A stretch of 64,000 nucleotides of DNA from Macrostomum lignano. Lineage: Eukaryota. The first letter of the stretch is position 1; each line of letters begins with the position of its first letter. The stretch spans positions 176,617 to 240,616 of the forward strand of contig NIVC01000458.1 in the NCBI GenBank assembly GCA_002269645.1. Reading direction: 5' to 3'. Shown in pieces: positions 57,364 through 64,000 of this stretch. The translations under genes and the position numbers were made by a program. The notes under the pieces are model-generated. The model searched no databases. It was given only the letters and a program-made list of their open reading frames with translations, and had not been told where the DNA came from.

Positions 57364-57574
57364 AGCTCTAGCGGCGCATAGTTCAAAAGATTTCTGATTG
57401 ATTGCAAAATTTTGTCGAGCAAACTTATCTAGATACTTTTATCTCGCTCTCCCAAAGTGTCCTCTTAGCTGCTCCATCAGGAAAACGCGTGAGAAGAATC
57501 CCCCATTTGATCTATTCTAACAGATATACGCGGTACTTAGCATTGGAAATTTCATTTTCATATCATATTTTTTC

Positions 57575-58330
<756 letters not shown>

Positions 58331-59119
58331 CATCTGTCTAAGGCAAACAAACGGAAACTTAGAATACAAAAATATTTAGAAACCAATCAGTTTTCTAAAA
58401 TAAGACAGAAAAAGTCCAATTATGTCATGGGCCGGAGTTGAAGTCAAGTGTTTTGTCCGCATTGCACGGCTGCTATGGCACAAGCCTGGGAAAAAATTTG
58501 AAAGGAAATGATACTTTTGTTGTTAAACCCCTTCCCTTCAAGACGGGCGCAGGTGCCCACTTGCAGAAGTTAAAGAGAATCTATCACGGTGCCCTTTCTC
58601 ACGAAACCCCCCTTTTGTAAAGCGTTAGTTTTTTGCCTCAAAGTAAGAGAAATGAACCAGTTTTTCAAGGGCTTCCATCGGCAAGTTATTCTTTTGTTTG
58701 CCCCGGCCAGTCACAGTGGCGGGTGATTTACTGCCGACAAAAGAATGTTAGGGGGGTTCAGTGACGGATTGTGTCTCCCTGCCCGCAGATTGGGCAAAAC
58801 TGATAAGAACAACCTGGGCAGGCCCCCTAAGCCTTGAAGAAAAAAGTTGAAAATAAAAGTTTGGAGTAAATATTTCCGCTTTAATAACTAAACATAAAGT
58901 TTGAGTTTTTAAGTCTGGCAAAGAGAAGGTGCCACCGAGCTTGACATCATGCTATTCAAGCACCCTCATACAGACCGGTGTATTTGATGCACAACACCGA
59001 TTTAATAAATGCATAATTGCATGTTTCGCATTTCAATCTAAAATGGATTTTCTTGGAAATAGGAAATTGGAAATTGAAAAATCCAAATTAAAAATTGAAA
59101 TTGAAAAAGGACAAGACAT

Positions 59120-59572
59120 CGAATCCACACCCCAAATTCACTATCCCGAATCTTAAATCCCGAATCCAAAATCCCGAATTCACAATCACAAATCCACAAT
59201 CCCGAATCCACAATCACAAATCCACAATCCCGAATCCACACCCCAAATCCACAATCTCGAATCTTAAATCCCGAATCCAAAATCCCGAATTCACAATCAC
59301 AAATCCACAATCCCGAATCCACAATCACAAATCCACAATCCCGAATCCACAATCACAAATCCACAATCCCGAATCCACAATCACAAATCCACAATCCCGA
59401 ATCCACAATCACAACTCCACAATCCCGAATCCACAATCACAAATCCACAATCCCGAATCCACAATCACAAATCCACAATCCCGAATCCACAATCCCGAAT
59501 CCACAATCCCGAATCCACAATCCCAAATCCACAATCCGAATCCACAATCCCGAATCCACAATCCCGAATCCC
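59120..59572. repeat. 14/28-bp minisatellite
   Basis: Unit CCCGAATCCACAATCACAAATCCACAAT. Confidence 0.93.
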
Positions 59573-59575
59573 TGT

Positions 59576-59777
59576 GAGTGCCTGCGACGCCAAAATGAGC
59601 GCTGACAACACGGATTCTCAGAATAATGTACATGTAGGAATCAAGAACCTACGAGTACATGACATATACAGAGGTAACTTCTAGTGGTCCTTGGTAGGAA
59701 TTTAGTCACATATGTAAATGTAAACTTATTTGGTTTGTCCCCCCTCCAACCATAGAATCCATGGCGACGCCCCTTGG
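59576..59777 (+). mobile_element. Fragment of a dispersed MITE-like family (copy 1)
   Basis: Shares GAGTGCCT..GCGC.AAAATGAG.GCTGACAACAC.GATTCT..AATAATGTACATG and TTTGTCCCCCC...AATCC.TGGCGACGCC with 62363-62475. Confidence 0.55.
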
Positions 59778-59782
59778 TGTGG

Positions 59783-60197
59783 AGCTGATTGAGGTGTGGG
59801 GCTGATTGGGGTGTGGGGCTGATTGGGGTGTGGGGCTGATTGGGTGTGGGGCTGATTGGGGTGTGGGGCTGATTGGGGTGTGGGGCTGATTGGAGTGTGG
59901 GGCTGATTGGAGTGTGGGGCTGATTGGAGTGTGGGGCTGATTGGAGTGTGGGGCTGATTGGGGTGTGGGGCTGATTGGGTGTGGGGCTGATTGGGGTGTG
60001 GGGCTGATTGAGTGTGGGGCTGATTGGAGTGTGGGGCTGATTGGAGTGTGGGGCTGATTGGAGTGTGGGGCTGATTGGAGTGTGGGGCTGATTGGAGTGT
60101 GGGGCTGATTGGAGTGTGGGGCTGATTGGAGTGTGGGGCTGATTGGAGTGTGGGGCTGATTGGAGTGTGGGGCTGATTGGGTGTGGGGCTAATTGGA
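59783..60197. repeat. 17-bp minisatellite containing CTGATTGG (about 24 units)
   Basis: Unit GGGGCTGATTGGAGTGT. Confidence 0.97.
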
Positions 60198-60719
60198 GTT
60201 TGGATCAGATCTTAAATGCCAGTACTTAATAAACCATGTATTCTATTCGTCTGTTTTTTTCAATATTAAACAAATTAGTAAACACATTTTTATAATAGTT
60301 TTGCTTGTTTAACGAAAATGAGGAAAAATTGCTGTAGAATTACAATTTAAAACGATTTTATTTAATTATCGATGATACATAAACATGATGGATAGATAGA
60401 GAACAATAGGATAGGATGCAAAATAATTGATTGAATGTTGAATAATTGTCCCGCACCGTCGAAAAGAGGCATCTTTGAATATTTTAGAGATTAGGAAAGC
60501 TAAATAATCGCAAGAATAACCGGGACCGCGAAGCAAGCAGTAAATATGACGCATCGTTCCCACAGAAAGCACAAACGATTAAAATGCCATCTTAATTACA
60601 AAATTGGTAAGATGCTACTTAAAGATCGCGTTTCAGTAGTATGCAGAGAATTTAGAGCGGAAAATCTTTAAAAACTCCACAAGGAACACAAACAGGAAAA
60701 ATAAGAAAATTAGGGCGCA

Positions 60720-61505
60720 TCAGCCTGAACCAGCGGCTTCAGCAGGATATGCTAGCACTAATTTTACATGATTCATAAAGACAGTTTTGTATTCGGGCAC
60801 CGCTCTCACAGTGTCCCTCAGTTTTTCCGTGTTGTTGTCAATGATGACGATGCAGCCGCCGGGTCGCAGCATCCACGGCAGCAGTTTGGCGATTTCATTG
60901 AGCGTCTCCTTTGCGTTGGCGTAGCTCATGGTGATGAGGTCGAACTGAGCTTTCTCAACGCTCTTGCCAGTATTGTGTAGGTGAACTAGTAGCAGACAAC
61001 ACTTCAGCACGAATTCCTGCAGGTCTTCCACTCTGAAGTCCGAGTCAATTCTTGGACAGATGGGATCACTCTTACACAGCAACCGAAGCTCGCTGTAGTA
61101 GCTGGCCCGTTTCCAAGGTAGCAAGTCAACTCCGGTGCAGGCGATGCTAGCGACCGAAGCCAAGGCTTCTCGATGCTGCAACAAGCTCTTGACACCTGCC
61201 AGGAGGTCGCTGCCAGGACCGCAGCCGAGCGAAAGCAGTCGCAACCGGCTGCCCTCCTGGCGGTGCTTTAACAGGTACTTCACAGGTTCGCTGAGCCATT
61301 TCCTGGTGTCCTTTGTACGCTTTGGCATCTCGTGCTGGTCGTAAAGCTGCTGGAACAGAGGACTCTCGTAGTGCCCCTGGTTGTCCTTGTCTGCTGACTG
61401 TCGCCAAGCTTTTAAAGTCTGCAACTCCGGGACTTTGCAGTCGGAGTGCCGGCTTTTAGAAGAAGCTTTTGATTTTATAGTATGTTTTGTATTTTTGGAA
61501 TTCAT
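60720..61505 (-). CDS. Class I SAM-dependent methyltransferase, single-exon ORF, 261 aa
   Basis: Motif I RLLSLGCGPGSDL, motif II ACTGVDLLPW, acidic VEDL, FDLITMSY, and post-III LRPGGCIVIIDN in the correct Rossmann order. The frame is uninterrupted and non-repetitive. Confidence 0.85.
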   Translation of the reverse strand: MNSKNTKHTIKSKASSKSRHSDCKVPELQTLKAWRQSADKDNQGHYESPLFQQLYDQHEMPKRTKDTRKWLSEPVKYLLKHRQEGSRLRLLSLGCGPGSDLLAGVKSLLQHREALASVASIACTGVDLLPWKRASYYSELRLLCKSDPICPRIDSDFRVEDLQEFVLKCCLLLVHLHNTGKSVEKAQFDLITMSYANAKETLNEIAKLLPWMLRPGGCIVIIDNNTEKLRDTVRAVPEYKTVFMNHVKLVLAYPAEAAGSG

Positions 61506-62362
61506 GACTTGCTTGAAGTGAGATTCTCAGATTTTGCCTTTATTTTATACATGTAACGAGGCACTTTCGTGGAAATTCCAAGTTAATTCATTCCTCATAA
61601 AATTTAGACTACAGCTCATAGTGATAATATCTTATTGGCTCTTGCAGCAGCAATAATTCAATTGCTTGTATTGTATACTTATTAGCTTGTGTTTGGATAC
61701 ACTCTCTGCCCAAGCCGCGCACATAGCTGACATTCGTGTCACAGAATTGAAGCGAGTGAAAAAAGCTCTGTGTGGGTTTCTTGGAATTTCCAAGGCCTCC
61801 GCTCTGAAGTGACTGCTGTTGCTATTTTAGACTGGGAGTAGCAGACAGCAGACAAGTACACGTACGCGCATTTACATGTACGCTGATCTCAAAAAAAGAA
61901 AAAAACAACAAGTTATTAAACTATTGTCCTACATCGTTCTTGTTTCAAGTATATTTTGTTGCTAACTGCGATAGATACTAGTAATATTGTTCATAAGAGC
62001 GTCTAAAATCACTTTAAAGAATTCAGTGAATCAAAAAGCACCCTGAAACGTATAACTTGGACCACTAAAACTTGCAGGGCTTGCGAGAAGCCAATGAGGA
62101 GTCAAACCGTTATGACACCATTCTGTTGACCTCTGAGTACGTAAGCGTACCGGATGTACAGCTAGCGGCCCCGCATAGGCGTAGGAACGGGGGGACAGTA
62201 GGGAAAGTGGGGGGGCAGTAATGGTAGCCATGGCCCCTCCACATTTTAAATGCAAAATGTAGACTTTTTGCTTATTTTTTACTCTTACTTTTGGTTTTTG
62301 CTGCTTTGCATGAATGCATTTTGCTGCAGGGCGAGAAAACATAGCGCCTGCAGCCCTAAAAT

Positions 62363-62475
62363 GAGTGCCTGGGCGCTAAAATGAGTGCTGACAACACCGA
62401 TTCTGAAAATAATGTACATGGTAGAATTCTTGGCTTTGTCCCCCCCCCACAATAAAATCCCTGGCGACGCCGCTG
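62363..62475 (+). mobile_element. Fragment of the dispersed MITE-like family (copy 2), ending GGCGACGCCGCTG
   Basis: Similar to 59576-59777 and to the reverse complement of 63443-63569. Confidence 0.55.
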
Positions 62476-62589
62476 CGGCCCCGACTTACTCGTGGTCAAA
62501 CATGTCAGACACAGACACTCTGCTTTGTGGAGTTCATGGCACTTCATAAGGCTAGGCGTGATTTTCAATGCACGGAAGGCCGTCGGAAG

Positions 62590-63165
62590 AGTCGGACAAA
62601 TGACACTATCCAGATCAAGGAATGACACAAACTGGACAAATGACTAGCTCCTAGTCGGACAAATGACACTGTTCCGATAGAGTACTGACACGAACCGGAA
62701 AAATGACCAGTCGACAAACGACACTATCCAAATCAAGGAATGACACAACTGGACAAATGACCTAATCGACAAATGACACACTATCCAGATCAAGGAATGA
62801 CACAACTGGAAAAATGACCTAGTCGGACAAATGACACACTATCCAGATCAAGGAATGACACAACTGGAAAAATGACCTAGTCGGACAAATGACACTATCC
62901 AGATCAAGGAATGACACAAACTGGACAAATGACCTAGCTCCTAGTCGGACAAATGACACTGTCCGAGAGTACTGAAACGAACCGGAAAAATGACCCAGTC
63001 GGACAAACGACACTATCCAAATCAAGGAATGACACAACTGGACAAATGACCTAATCGGACAAATGACACACTATCAGATCAATGAATGACATATACGAAC
63101 CGAACAAATGAACTAATCGGACAAATTACACTATCCAGACCAAGGAATGACACGAACTGACTAAG
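62590..63165. repeat. Complex tandem repeat of about 58-60 bp
   Basis: GTCGGACAAATGACACTATCCAGATCAAGGAATGACACAACTGG... recurring with sub-repeats. Confidence 0.9.
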
Positions 63166-63442
63166 GATAGGACTACTTAACAACTTTAAAAGCATGGCCG
63201 CAATCAGCCGAAAAAGCTAAAAAATCGCATTACCGGAGCGCAGAAGTTTGCATGCACCCACATGTAAGTGGCTCTGCAAGCCAGTGAGTCGGTTAATTGA
63301 GACAGCCCAGCGACCAACTGAGACGCAAGTGCAACTGCTCTTGCTTGGCTGCGGTCCGAGCAGCGACATTCTAGCTGCATCAAGAGCCTATTACTCGTAA
63401 ATTAAAGCAGGACATGTTGTCCAACACTAGAATCGTAGCACC

Positions 63443-63569
63443 CAGGGCGCCACCATAGGTTTTTTTGGGGGGGGGCAAAGCCAAGAATTCGACAAAGTAC
63501 GAGTATTCCCACATTACATTTTGGGCGTTGTTGGACTAATTTAGTCAGACACTTATTTTGGCGCCCTGA
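63443..63569 (-). mobile_element. Fragment of the dispersed MITE-like family (copy 3, inverted)
   Basis: The reverse complement contains GAATTCTTGGCTTTGCCCCCCCCC...TGGTGGCGCCCTG, as in 62420-62475. Confidence 0.45.
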
Positions 63570-64000
63570 AGCAAAGTTATTGATTTCCATAATGGTCACA
63601 AGATGGGGAGGAGATGTAACGACTCCCCTGGTGGCACCGAGTTGATTTGGAGGCCTGGGTCGAACGGAAATAATTTTACAGGAAGCTCACGCTACTGCAA
63701 GGATCTAAGAGTAGTTACTCGCCACTAGACCGACCGAGGACTAAATGGCAGGTTCGGCAGGCCTCAGCCAACTCTGACCGCCGCCAACCTATTTTTCATG
63801 GGAGAGCGCGCGAAATGGCGTTTACAGTCCCGACTGCATCTACATGTACGGCCAAGTCAAAGTTAAGATGGGTTGATGGATGGGATTAGCTAATCTTAGG
63901 ATTTACGTAGCTTTCTACCTTTCAAATTTTCCCTGCTCCCTGTCTCCCGCTCTCTTTTCTTAGATAAATACGACTACATGTAGTTGCTCGCTGTAACAGG

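Noticed and set aside
57400-57520. Minus-strand [16 protein letters not shown]...VCSTKF resembling a THAP domain
   Set aside because: It has an internal stop, lacks the N-terminal CxxxC and the His ligand, and is too short to support.
59584-59597. 14-nt match (GCGACGCCAAAATG) to the retroelement PBS/LTR junction
   Set aside because: It is part of a different dispersed repeat whose other copy (62370) diverges at this site; no LTR sequence follows.
63613-63790. TGTAAC-initiated segment as a possible solo LTR
   Set aside because: No partner LTR, TSD, PBS or PPT is identifiable within the window.

Overview
Eukaryotic (animal) genomic DNA with GC-rich, Ala-rich exons and introns packed with tandem repeats. 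This pattern suggests a free-living flatworm such as Macrostomum, but that is an unverified inference. All gene models were spliced by hand with phase-consistent GT-AG junctions. Five protein genes are supported: an MMD/PAQR haemolysin-III-family membrane protein (minus, 6 coding exons, 248 aa); a complete huntingtin (minus, 14 exons, 2882 aa, N17 helix but no N-terminal polyQ); a short Rabaptin-5 with a degenerate C-terminal FYVE finger (plus, 4 exons, 466 aa, divergent from huntingtin); a TIS11/ZFP36-type tandem CCCH zinc-finger protein (minus, about 170 aa); and an intronless class I SAM-dependent methyltransferase (minus, 261 aa). Mobile DNA includes a head-to-tail pair of non-autonomous Helitrons carrying a tRNA-like Pol III cassette and VNTRs, a deleted Harbinger, a young Ty3/gypsy (Mag-like) element with identical LTRs that lacks protease and RT, a SINE, and several MITEs. 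About 30 distinct micro/minisatellite arrays are present; they account for nearly all the long low-complexity ORFs in the ORF track. The most notable unexplained signals are: a roughly 3.8-kb CpG-depleted, transition-scarred block between huntingtin and Rabaptin; a candidate spliced upstream ORF that stops 1 nt before the zinc-finger ATG (TGA-C-ATG); the RT-less LTR element with an intact RNaseH-integrase frame; and the Helitron tandem with its Pol III cassette.
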